From positions 87,730,001 to 87,794,000 of the forward strand of contig OX638149.1 of the NCBI GenBank assembly GCA_951804945.1: DNA of 64,000 nt, in the 5' to 3' direction. The translations under genes and the position numbers were made by a program. Shown here piece by piece: positions 25,301 through 36,597 of the stretch. The notes beneath the pieces were generated by a model. It saw nothing but the letters and a program-made list of their open reading frames with translations, was not told the DNA's origin and searched no databases. How positions within the stretch are numbered: the first letter of the stretch is position 1; every line of letters begins with the position of its first letter. This stretch comes from Podarcis cretensis (Eukaryota).

Positions 25301-28300
25301 CCTGAGACTGTTGCAGTTCTTGAGCATAAACAGAATATATATATCAATGTGATGTTCAGAGAATAGTCTGTGAACTGCCCTATTGCCCACAGGAAACAAT
25401 GACTGGCTGGGCTGCTGGGGCCATCACATGAAATCTCCGGGGTTCAGAGTTATCAGAGAACATCAGAAGGTATGAGATATGGTCATGACTACAAAAGGAC
25501 ATATTAAAGAATATAATACAATGTGGGGAAAGGGCATGAGATGCATTTCACTCTGGCCTTTTCTGCCTTTTTCTCCATCTGAGCGCTGCATGTAGCTGAT
25601 ACTTTCCTGTTTTCTGCTGCAATGTTCTCTTTCCCCTAGTCCCTTAATGTTCTCTTGGTGGCTGTGCCTCTGAAGGAGGCAGCCTAGGTTTGCAAGACAC
25701 TATATGGTAGAAACTTCAATGCTGGCATGCTTCCTTCATGGGAACTACCTGTTGGGAGTACCAGCCCAGGGGCTTTTGGGGTGGGGGTTGTATGGACAAT
25801 CTAGGTTATTGCAGCTATCCCTGAGTTTGGAGGAGAAGGTACCCCCCTGTTGAACCTTTATCTTACCTTTTTACCAGCTAGGATACAGCAGGAAACCTCA
25901 TTTCTCCTTTCTTGTCTCTTCCTTTCCCTCCTGCAGTTGAATCATTTTCCTGGCTCATTCCAAATTGGTCGGAAGGACCGTCTGTGGAGAAATGTGTCCA
26001 AACTGCAGTTGCGCTTTGGGAAGAAGGAGTTCAACTTTCTGCCCCAGTCCTTCATCCTTCCTCAGGATATCAAGCTGCTCAGAAAGGCTTGGGAAGATTG
26101 TGGGAGCCGACAGAAATGGATTGTGAAGCCGGTGAGGGAGGGCACAGATATGGTTCGACCTGTATAGAGATAGGGGTGTGTCCTTTGTGTGTCTTCTGCC
26201 ATGGTATAGCCATTCTTTCCCTTGCCTTGCCAGTTTCAGGTTTTCTTGGATGAATCTGATTTTTTTTGATGCATTTCATCAGGCTTTAGGACTTGTGTTG
26301 GGACAGACTGCCTTTGGCATGAGCTCTGTTCTGTTTTTGTATTGTGTGGTTTTTATTCTGCTTTAGATTTTAGGTATTTCGTTTCATGGTTTTAATCTCT
26401 GTAAACCACTCAGAGAACTTAAGTAATTAGATGGTACTGAAGTGCAGTTAACAATAATTAATGGTAATGTAAACTACACCCCCCACCTTCCTCTAAAGCA
26501 ACAATGCATATTCTCTTCTCATAGATGGACAGTTTCTACTTGTTTATTCTGGTTCCCTCTTGACTATATCATAGCTTTAGCCCAATAGTCCCTTTGGCTG
26601 TCAGTCTCCCTTTTACTGCAAGTAGGACTTGCACCAGTCTGAAAACCCACCTGTCATCATCTTCTTCATTCATTTCCTTGATATTGGGAAGGACAGGAGT
26701 AATCCTCCCTGGTGTATTGTTTTAAAATATTCTGGGTTTTTATTCTTTGCAACCTCGTAAAGGTTGTGAATAAAAGTGCATCACATTTGCATTTCCCCAT
26801 GTCATTGAATCTGAGGTGTTTGTGCATTGAATGTTTTAGGTGAAAAGAGGCACCCTTAAACATGTAAACGAGGAGAGAAGACTGGGAGACATGCAGGGGG
26901 TGCCTCCGTCTGTTCCTAGGAGCCTCAAACATTTCCTAAAGAGAGAGAAAGGCGCCCCCCCCTTTTCATGAGGACTAAAGTATTTTCAAAACCCTAGATA
27001 TTCTCAGACTCGACAGGTGCCACAGTCTGTACTGTACTGCATGACTACAGCCAGGCGTGTTTTTGAAACTTCTAGGGAATTAGCTTATCAGTCAGTGACA
27101 GCAAGGAACTCAAAGCTGCTATACACCAACTTGTGAATATACAAAGCTTTTATTGACTTAAAAAGCCTTTGCTGACATGCTCAGTCTTTGAAAAAGCTGC
27201 CACAGCAATTGATTTTAACATACTGCTGAACTTAAAATTACATTGAGATTTTTGTGAGGCTGCTTCTTTGGAGGCTTGTCTTAAGACTGATAGTATTAAA
27301 ACAAATTCCTTTCATGTACCCCACCTTCCCAGACTATAATCGAATGTTCCAGCTTTGAATTGTAGGATAGCAGCAAATGGATGCAATGTGAACATCGCTC
27401 TCTGTCTTTCACTCACTTTAGCCAGCATCAGCTAGAGGCATCGGCATTCAGGTCATCCATAAGTGGAGCCAGCTGCCCAAGCGCAGGCCACTGCTGGTGC
27501 AAAGGTAAGCAAGTCCCCCTGCCCTGTCGGTCTTTCCCCACCCTGCTAACAAAAGATTGGCTTTAATATCTTAAGGTATCAAAGAACCAACTTGTTTCTG
27601 ATTATGCTTTCTGCTGTTGTAAAACTTTACATTGTTCTGTGGGGTTTGTTTGTTTTGCTTCTGCTTCCAGCTAAAGAGTAGAGCAATTGTGGAATTGTTA
27701 CGATATTGACATGGGTTCAGAAATATGGCTAAAGGAGACCTTTTGCTGTGGCAAGGAGTACCATTTGTTGAGAAAGCTGGCATTTCATCAGCAGTCTCCC
27801 AAACCCCTTAGATCTCCATCAAGCCTCTCTACTGGTGACAATGTCCTGAACTTATTGAGACTAAATCTCAGGGCTACTCTATGATGTGGTTCCTGTATGC
27901 TCACCTGTCTTTCTGTTGCAGGTACTTACATAAACCCTACCTCATTGGTGGAAGCAAGTTCGACTTGAGGATTTATGTTTACGTCACATGCTATGATCCA
28001 CTTCGGGTTTACTTGTTCAAAGATGGACTTGTTCGTTTTGCCAGCTGCAAGTAGGTTTCCTATGAATTGGTAACCTCAGAAAGAGGGTTGGGTTGACTGC
28101 TTGTCAGAAGACCAGCTGAGATTCATGAATAGCAGATTAAATATGTTTTCTGGAAACAGTAGACTAACTATTGGTTTCAGGTGTCATTTGTATTATAGCC
28201 TGTGCACATCCTTTTGGTTTAAGCAGTGACTATTGAGAACCAATTATTTGCTTTCACTGTGTAGCTGAGTCTGTGTGCTTTTAAAATAGCCAATTATTAA

Positions 28301-31300
28301 ATGATTTATTTTATTTTATTTTATTCATAAAACTTATACACTGCTTGATTGTTAAAAAAACCCTCAAAGAGGTTTACAAAAAGATAAAACAAGAAAATCA
28401 AGAAAAAAATTACAGCTGTACTTTAAAACATACAAAAGTTAAAATAATAAGACAGATTATAATTACTTCAAATTCCTAAGCATCTGGATGTTTAGTTAAC
28501 TGACAAAGTTGGTGAATAACTCAAGTCAGAGCAACCCTTGATGATTAACAATTTGAATTGTTAAACCAGTCATATCTCTGTGGAGCACACACATTCATTT
28601 TCATTCTCTCTCTCACACACTAGGCTGGAGCTTAGAGGAGATACTTAAAGATTGGTGTGTGTGCCTCTGTCTTTTATCTCCCACACTGCTAGCATCCCTC
28701 CCTCTTCTTGCCATTTCATTTTGATGAGTGATGTCTCCTTACTTAATGTAAACTTTTATTCTTCCTTCACCTCAGATATTCCCCCTCTGTGAAGAGCCTC
28801 AACAACAAGTACATGCACTTGACTAATTACAGTATCAACAAGAAGAATATTGAATACAAGGCTAATACAGATGAAACTGCATGTCAGGGTCACAAGTGGT
28901 GAGTATTGATGAGCAGGAACGAGAATCCTTTTGTATGTGTTATGTTCTTGACTGGCTTATGTTGTCTTACCTCTCTAGTCCTGAGTAGCCCAGATGTGGC
29001 CCTACTGTTTCCATAGGAAAGAGACTTTATTTTCATTTATTAAACAAAATAGACCACTTAATCAAAAAAGAAAGGTCTCATAAGTGGTTTATATAAAATT
29101 ACATTAAAAGCATGGTTGGTTCTGGGTTCATGTTGCCTTTTTCCTTCAGAGATGGGGGGAGAGGAGTTAATAACACTATCTGGGGCAACCCTAATGCACT
29201 TGCATGCTCTGTTCTGTCTCCACAGGGCACTGAAGGCACTTTGGAGTTATTTGGCCCAGAAAGGAGTTGACAGTGAAGCCATCTGGGAAAAGATCAAAGA
29301 CATTGTTGTCAAAACCATCATTGCGTAAGTCTCAGGCTCTAGTTGTCTTCCCCCCAGCCCTTTGCTTTCAGGAGGACCTCTTTTTGACGGGTCGTCTTAT
29401 CCATTAGCCAGAGATATGTACCGATGTTTGCAGATATTTTGAGCAAGTGTGCATCTTTGCTTCTTTCTTGCTGATTTGTGCTTCTGGAATCAGAGTCTCC
29501 TCCTGTATTGTTTCTCGAAGGTTGTTGATTGTTCCTTGGCCCCAAAAGTATCTTGTTTGGATCTTAATCATCTGAAGCAAGGAAGGGTCATGTGCTGTCT
29601 TCATCAGGCTCTCATCTGAGCCATGTGGGGAAGCTATTGCTGAAGCCCTGTTTTGGTGGCATGCTTGTACCATATACCTGGCTAGAGTGATGCATAAGAG
29701 GCTGGGAAGTCCTGCTGCTAGTTTTGCTGCTCAGGAACAACCCAGCACCTGTTTCATTTTCTAGATCAGAGCCCTACATAATCAATCTCGTGAAGATGTA
29801 TGTGAGACGCCCTTACTGCTGCCATGAGCTGTTTGGGTTTGATATCATGCTGGATGAGAACCTTAAGCCATGGATTCTGGAAGTCAATATTTCCCCCAGG
29901 TAAGTTGTGCATGGTGGACCCTTCAGCTTGAGCTCTGACTTGGTGCATTTCACTACAATTTCAAGAACACCCTTTACCTCCAGTTTGTCCCACAGATGCA
30001 TGCTAGGCCTATATGCACAGATGCATGCAGTCTGTTTTGCCAGTGCCTTACTTCATGTGCTGATGGCTTCCATCTCTTAATGTGAGGGAGGCAACACTTA
30101 CATTGAACTCTATCACACAGTGTGTCTCTGATTGGTAGGTATGTCTGTGTATTGTGTATGCATGTGGGTGTGGTGGGGGAGGGGATACTAAAAGAGAGAG
30201 AGATTGTCTTGCCTTGGAGATCGAGTTCCTCCTTTCTCTCTTTTGGAAATCAAACTTAACAGCTATCTAAAATGCCAAAAGCTAGGGCCAAAGACATGAA
30301 GATGGGCTTCTCCAATCCAGGTTTTGTTCTCTCTGCAGCCTTCATTCAAACTCTCCTCTGGATGTGAGCATCAAGGGTCAAATGGTCAGAGATGCCCTTA
30401 ATTTGGCTGGTTTTCTGTTGCCAAGCACAGATGATGTGGCTTCACCCTCTGGAAGTGCCAGCAGCTCCACAACTAGGTTAGAGATCAAACTCAGTTTTAC
30501 TGGGCATCTCATCTTTTGCATTGTTCTTGTTCAGTTGGGGAGTGAGGAGGCCTGAGTTGGAAAGACTGAGATGAAAAGTTGTTGTGGCAATAGTATGTGT
30601 GGCTGTAGCACAGAAGCATAGCTGTAGCCTGTATATAAGACTATGCATTTTATTCAGTCACGCTATTGGTACAGAAACTGAATTAAGCATCCAAAGAATC
30701 TCTGCTTTTGTTATTTTTAAAGCAAGTTTCTGGTCCATGTAATTGCAAGATGGGCTTGAAAATACCCGGGCAATACCTTGTGCAACTTTGGAAGCTGAGC
30801 AGTGGTGGTGATTGATCTCAGAAATATTGCCAGGAATACTAGGCTTCAGTAGCTGGAATTGTGTATTGCTCCTCAACTCAGTTCAGCCACAATAGCTGTC
30901 AGGGATAGCGGCAAACACCTGGAGGACACCAGGTTGAGGAAAGCATGAAGCAGGCTGGTGAGGGATGGGGCCTGGGGAAGGGAGCATGGCCTGGGAAGAG
31001 TCCTGGGGCCCAGATGGAGGGGCTGGAGGGTTGCACGCTGCCCCCATGCCTAAGGTTCCCCATCCTTGATCTATGACTCCATGGATCGTTTGAGGCTTTT
31101 TTCGTTTCTTTTGGCTTAACAGAGTATTGCTTATGGTTCTGGCTATAGGTGGCTGAATTGAGGGCACTGACTAACTCTCTGTGTACTAACTTTAATTATT
31201 GCTGTGCCCAGCTTGAATAGTGTCGCAAAGGAGAAGAGTAAGTCATCTCTGGAGCTGTTCACTTCTGAGAAAACGAAAAGAGCTTTTTATCTGACCTCAA

Positions 31301-34300
31301 AAGTGCCTGATCAGGTAGGCGAGAACATGCCTTCCCCAAATACTCTGCCCTCATTCTGAGATTTCATGCATGTTTGGGCTGGAGTTCTCCGCTCTTCTTT
31401 GAATCATTTCATTAACTGTTTAATTAAATGAAACCATAAGTAGTGTGCATAAAGCAATATAATTTCATCAAACAAGTATACATAACTAAATTATGTTTCT
31501 CGCTAGGCTTGCTAAAATAAAAAAAAGTTTTTAGCAGGGGTGTAAGGGTGCCTAATATTACTAGACAAGGAGTTGCAAAGCATAGAGGTAGCTACACTGA
31601 AATATTGACTCGTAATAGCGGGTGATTATTACAATTGCTTGGCTTGGGGAGTGCTTAAGAGTTCAACCAAGCACTTTTTCTGACAGTAAATGTGTCAGAT
31701 GCAGGTAAGATGCATCCACACACAAGGAGGAGGTGCTTGTTTATTCACAGAAGGACTGGTATTTGAAGGAGGTTGTATTTGACATATAGGATATGATTTG
31801 GCTAAGTGTGGAAGTTATAAAGAGCTGTATTTCAACTGTATTCAGAGCAAGGCTAGTGTCAAACCTTAAGCCCATCAAACACACAGCATAGCTTAAGAAA
31901 ATGTTACAAACTACAGTGGTACCCGGGGTTACATACGCTTCAGGTTACACACTCCGCTAACCCAGAAATAGTGCTTCAGGTTAAGAACTTTGCTTCAGAA
32001 TAAGAACAGAAATCGTGCTCCGGCAGCAGCAGGAGGCCCCATTAGCTAAAGTGGTGCTTCAGGTTAAGAACAGTTTCAGGTTAAGAACGGACCTCCGGAA
32101 TGAATTAAGTACTTAACCCGAGGTACCACTGTATAGTTAAGACCCAATAGGCCATAGCCACTGGTTGCCATTGTTATATTGGGTGTGCCTTGAAGCAGTA
32201 AGATTTCCCATTTCTTACTTACGCACATGCTTTTTGGTTTAGTTTGTTCAAAGGGTACAAGAAGCATTTGGGAACCATAACCAAGAACCCTGCCTTTTCT
32301 TCTTCACCCCCCCCCCCCCAAATTCCTATTTGAATATCTCTCTTCTGTCTTTCCACTGCTGTCACAGTGGGAGGGGAATATGTGTTGCGCGGCCACCATC
32401 CTAGAGTGGCAATCATAGTGGTTTTAGAGAACTGAAAGTGGCATGCATGTAGACTTGTGCAGTTACCTCCTGGAAAACCAAGGTGTTTCCCTGTCCCTCT
32501 TGGCTGCAGGAGTTCTATTCCACCATCCTAGATGTTCTAACACCAGATGATGTACGTGTCCTAGTAGAGACAGAGGATGAATTCGCTCGACGTGGACAGT
32601 TTGAGCGAGTTTTCCCCTCGCGCTTCTCCATGAACTACCTACGTTTCTTTGAGCAGCCGCGATACTACAACATCCTTACTTCCCAGTGGGAGCTGAAATA
32701 TTTCGTGAATAAGGTCAAAGGTAAAAAAGTTCCCATCACCTCCTTCTTGCAAGCTCCCTTCTAGGATAAGCAGTTAGTTGTTTGATCCAGCCCTTTATAA
32801 GTAGACTGCATACCTTGCTTTCTAACCCAGAGCTGTCTGTGCTCTTTCACATAGCATTATTATCTGTCATCCTTACAGGTTGCTAGTGTGGTTTGAGTGT
32901 TGCTTCTTGCTGGGTCATTTCTGTCATCTTCCCCACTCCCCACACCTTGCAGCCACATCTTTGGCGTTAGGGGAGAAGTCTTTCTTTATTCTTGCCCACC
33001 CCTTTGTCCTTTCATTGGTTTCTATTGGCTATCTTTAAGCCCACACCCTCACCCAGAGCCTTCCTGTTCATCAGTGTTACCTGCTTCTCTTGAGTGTATC
33101 CAGATAATTCCATAGAATAGACCAGGAAGTTCAACATCTTCAAATGAGCATCATACCATTGCAGCTTGATTTTTAAACCTGTGTGTGTGTGTGTGTGTTT
33201 GGGTTGCTCAGTATCAAGGGCCTGCATTACTTGTACCCACTGCCTTCTTACATCCAGGGCAGTTGCTTAGTAATAGCCCTCAAAATTTCACATGTGAACT
33301 AGCATTCGTTCTGTGGTGTTCCTTTCTGCAGGGGTGGATCTGCTCAGAAACTGGTGTCACAAAGGCTTTCATAATGGAGTGGTGACAGAATCCACAGTGA
33401 TGGTAAGGGTGGGCCCTCTTTGCCTTTCCTCATACCTTAGATATGTTCTGCTTTTTCATGAGGGTGCCCATCAGAACTACTTGTTACTAATCAAGTGGCT
33501 CTATATTGGTGGTTGTCTTACTGCCTGAAGCACCTTCTCTTTGCTTCACTAAGTTTGAGGTATGCTGGGAGCTAAGAAAGGAACATTCACTAGCTGTCTA
33601 ACTCTGCACTCTCTCAACTTCAGTGGTCAATTCCAAGATCCCACCTCTATATGAAGAATGAACTCCCTGTGAATGGCTTGAGCAAGATGGAATTAGGCAG
33701 AACCAGGTGAGATTGCAATACATTTCCAGTTGGGGTTTGTCCATGATTTTTCATCCGTTCCCTTATAGTACAATTCTTTGCAAGTAATCCCCACTGCATT
33801 CAATGGGATTTATTCCCTGGTGGTTGTGTGTAGGATTGTAGCCATGGTTAATATATTTTAATGCATGTTAACCTTCTCATGAATACATGGAGTAAAAGGA
33901 AACTCTTCTTTGTTACTTATATGCCACCTTTACATTCCTTACTTCCCTCCCCTGATATATTACCCTTTTGACAAGCGTGATCTTAACTGTTTATGTGCTA
34001 CTTTCTGCCCCTGTTAGGATGTGCCAGAGGATTAAATTAGAAGCATCTGCTTCTGGGTTTAAACTAACTGTGGTTAATCATTATATCCAGTAAGGGCAAA
34101 CTATAGTTAGTTTCAACTGGGCTTTTTCAGTGTGGTGCCCACTGAGGCACTCTGCAGTGGCTGTGAGACACTTCTGCCATTCTGACTTGCAACTCCTTCT
34201 TTTAAAAAAATCATGGAGGCTGGATACAGTGCCAATCTTAATTTTCCATGAGTAGCCCTGAGCCCATGTATGGTCAGGCAGCTTCAATCATGTAGCTACA

Positions 34301-35819
34301 AGCTAGGATTTCGTGTTAAGTTCAAACCAGGCCGTTGTCTTAGCCTTTCTTATTTTTACTTCGGTATATATCTGACATAAATAAGTATTTGTAGCATTTT
34401 TATACTAACCTGTAACACTAAGTATTCTGGGCAGTGTACATTAAAAAAACATGTAAAATGTAAAAACAACATGAACACAAAATCACAAACAAAGCTAAAT
34501 AAAATAAAATAAAACCAGCAACAGATGAACCAGTAGTACCAAATGTCTAAAAAAAACTTTTGACCATGTTTTTAAGTAGGAAAGCCTAGCTGAATAAAAG
34601 GCCTTGACCTATGGCTACTGAAAAGTCGGCCTCACCTCACCTCACTTGGCAGGGGTGGACTTTTAAAGATGATTTTCAGGTTGGGCTATATATATGGGAG
34701 GAGATAGTCCTTCAGATAACCTAAAGGTAAAGGTAAAGGTAAAGGTAAAGGGACCCCTGACCATTGGGTCCAGTCGTGACAGACTCTGGGGTTGCGGTGC
34801 TCATCTCGCTTTATTGGCCCAGGGAGCCACCATTTGTCCGCAGACAGCTTCCGGGTCATGTGGCCAGCATGACTAAGCCACTTCTGGTGAACCAGAGCAG
34901 CGCACGGAAATGCCGTTTACCTTCCCACTGGAGCGGTACCTATTTATCTACTTGCACTTCGATGTGCTTTCGAACTGCTGGGTTGGCAGGAGCAGGAACC
35001 GAGCAATGGGAGCTCACCCCGTCACAGGGATTCGAACCGCCGACCTTCTGATCGGCAAGTCCTAGGCTCTGTGGTTTAACCCACAGCGCCACCCATGTCC
35101 TTCAGATAACCTAGCCCCAGGTTATTTAGGGCAGGAATGGAGAACCTGCAGCCTTCCAGAAGTTGTTGGCCTTCGTCTCATTCTAGCCAGCATGGCCCAT
35201 GGTCAGGGATGATTGGCGTTCTAGTCCCAGAACATCTGGAGGGTCACAGATTCTCCATCTCTGTTTTAGGGCTTGAAAAGTTAATACTTGCACTTTGAAT
35301 TATCCCCTGGAATAGATTAGAAGCCAGTGTAGATAACAAAGCACAGGCATGATTTAATTTTTCAGCCACTTCCTGTTAACAATCTCGCTGCCCTGTTTTG
35401 GAGCAGCTGAAGTTTCTAGACTGTTTTCAAGGCAGCCTGAGGTACAGCACATTGTGGTAATCAGGCCTAGGCAGTGGTGAGCCATAAGCCCTAAATCCTT
35501 CTTTCCCATCAAATACAGGGATGACACAGTAGTAATAGAAAGACTGCCGTTTCCTTCAGATGGGTGAAAATGATATGCTATGGAAGTGGTTCTCTCTGTG
35601 TGTGCTCTATTCTGTGCTGCAAGACAGATCTGCCTCTCTCTCAGGTTCTGTCTTCTTCCCAACAGCAAAATCCTTATCCAGCGAGATGGGGAGGAGCCAG
35701 TCCGAAGCTCTGAGCCAAACCCCTGCACTCAAAGCTTACCTCAGATTAAATACACAGCTGGAAGTCTCAAGAAACCCACAATCCCTCGGACCCTCAGCAA
35801 CTCAAGCCTAGTGAAGTGA
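17954..35819 (+). CDS. TTLL4: Tubulin polyglutamylase TTLL4, complete spliced CDS of 18 coding exons, about 1138 aa
   Basis: N-terminus [13 protein letters not shown]...[13 protein letters not shown] domain motifs [60 protein letters not shown] and [11 protein letters not shown]. All 17 introns GT-AG and phases consistent. Confidence 0.96.
19496..20167. mobile_element. Non-autonomous hAT-like DNA transposon nested in a short MITE
   Basis: Imperfect TIRs GGGCTGGGCGATAT / ATGTCGCTCAGGCCT, internal inverted repeats; interrupts the palindromic MITE (halves 19420-19495 and 20168-20225). Confidence 0.6.
20671..20792 (+). CDS. TTLL4: TTLL4 coding exon 2 (acidic, [17 protein letters not shown])
   Basis: 122 nt, TAG acceptor and GTCAG donor. 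Confidence 0.9.
21207..21459 (+). mobile_element. CR1 LINE 3' end fragment
   Basis: Typical CR1 terminal sequence ending TTCCAACTCTATGATTCTATGAT. Confidence 0.85.
21708..21733. repeat. (TAC)n microsatellite
   Basis: Read directly from the sequence. Confidence 0.9.
22693..22756 (+). CDS. TTLL4: TTLL4 coding exon 3 ([20 protein letters not shown])
   Basis: 64 nt, long pyrimidine tract, phase fits. Confidence 0.88.
23114..23238 (+). CDS. TTLL4: TTLL4 coding exon 4 (...[18 protein letters not shown])
   Basis: 125 nt, conserved motif. Confidence 0.93.
24365..24475 (+). CDS. TTLL4: TTLL4 coding exon 5 ([25 protein letters not shown])
   Basis: 111 nt, conserved motif. Confidence 0.94.
25393..25469 (+). 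CDS. TTLL4: TTLL4 coding exon 6 ([16 protein letters not shown])
   Basis: 77 nt, conserved motif. Confidence 0.94.
25937..26131 (+). CDS. TTLL4: TTLL4 coding exon 7 ([17 protein letters not shown]...WIVKP)
   Basis: 195 nt, TTL domain. Confidence 0.95.
27422..27504 (+). CDS. TTLL4: TTLL4 coding exon 8 ([27 protein letters not shown])
   Basis: 83 nt, TTL domain. Confidence 0.95.
27922..28050 (+). CDS. TTLL4: TTLL4 coding exon 9 ([22 protein letters not shown])
   Basis: 129 nt, TTL domain. Confidence 0.95.
28776..28898 (+). CDS. TTLL4: TTLL4 coding exon 10 ([11 protein letters not shown]...CQGHKW)
   Basis: 123 nt, TTL domain. Confidence 0.95.
29226..29324 (+). CDS. TTLL4: TTLL4 coding exon 11 (ALKALWSYL...[10 protein letters not shown])
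   Basis: 99 nt, TTL domain. Confidence 0.95.
29765..29899 (+). CDS. TTLL4: TTLL4 coding exon 12 ([25 protein letters not shown])
   Basis: 135 nt, catalytic ExN motif. Confidence 0.96.
30339..30476 (+). CDS. TTLL4: TTLL4 coding exon 13 ([18 protein letters not shown])
   Basis: 138 nt, phase 2-2. Confidence 0.94.
31212..31314 (+). CDS. TTLL4: TTLL4 coding exon 14 (...[13 protein letters not shown])
   Basis: 103 nt, phase fits. Confidence 0.9.
31914..32131. mobile_element. Tc1/mariner (Tigger/pogo-like) MITE, copy 1
   Basis: TIRs CAGTGGTACC.CGGGTTA / TAACCCGAGGTACCACTG with TA target duplication. Confidence 0.88.
32510..32720 (+). CDS. TTLL4: TTLL4 coding exon 15 ([30 protein letters not shown])
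   Basis: 211 nt, conserved motif. Confidence 0.95.
33332..33402 (+). CDS. TTLL4: TTLL4 coding exon 16 ([14 protein letters not shown])
   Basis: 71 nt, conserved motif. Confidence 0.93.
33624..33706 (+). CDS. TTLL4: TTLL4 coding exon 17 (WSIPRSHL...)
   Basis: 83 nt, CAG acceptor and GTGAG donor, phase fits. Confidence 0.85.
34722..35100 (-). mobile_element. Sauria SINE, full length, with TSD
   Basis: (TAAAGG)n tail on the plus strand, tRNA-like head (GGTGGCGCTGTGG...GGTTCGAATCCC on minus), flanking direct repeat TTCAGATAACCTA at 34711 and 35101. Confidence 0.9.
35132..35263. mobile_element. Short palindromic hAT-derived MITE copy
   Basis: TIRs CAGGAATGGAGAACC / GATTCTCCATCTCTG, same interior as 5913-6035. 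Confidence 0.7.
35666..35819 (+). CDS. TTLL4: TTLL4 last coding exon (...TQSLPQIKY...SSLVK*); alternative in-frame start at 35645
   Basis: Pyrimidine tract plus [11 protein letters not shown] resembles the mammalian TQTLPVIK. TGA at 35817-35819. Confidence 0.8.
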
Positions 35820-36597
35820 CGGGGGACTGAGTGAGTGGCCAACTTCCCCTTCCTTATGGTCTCAGGAGGGGGCGTACGTGACCTACCTCAACAGAAGCTA
35901 GGAGAGCCAGCATGGAAGGATGGGAGGACCTTTCGTCCAGGACGCCCACGTAGAACTATTTTTTTGGAAAGGGAATTGGGTCGAAGAGGAGATGTTTAAC
36001 TTGGTTAAAAGGGACAAATGCTCTGTTTATAGTTTTTTTTTATGACAAAGGAAGTTGCTAAACACAGAAGCTTGGAAAACCTATTTAACTTTTAGTGTGA
36101 GTTCCTTATAGTTTATTGACCTTGCCATGATCGTCACCACTTGAGCCATAAGTGCCTCTCGCTGTTAAGTGCCGACATACTAGGTTTCGCCAGACACTGA
36201 CAACCTCAATGACCATTTGTGAAATGAGCTGCTACCATGAGGCAATTGCATGTTTGCAATTGACATAATAACCCATGTATTCACAACATGACACAAATTC
36301 CTTATTAGCTGAACAGATGGGAAAACAAACTTAAGAATGGCTTAACACCAGTAAATCAGGCAGATTTTTTCATAAACTCTCTGGTGCATGGCCATAAGAG
36401 AAATAGGCTTAAACAGTGAGGGAGATGGTGGGGAGTCTAAGAATATTCTTATTATCTAGGTACACACCCATGTTTACTTAGTTCCTGGGTACAGATTTCC
36501 TGATGGACTTTAGTTATGGAAGGTATTTTCTACTTACTTTTTACTCGGGAGAAGCAGATTTTGCAGTGTGCTGGTCCAAAGCACAAATGTGTAGCTT

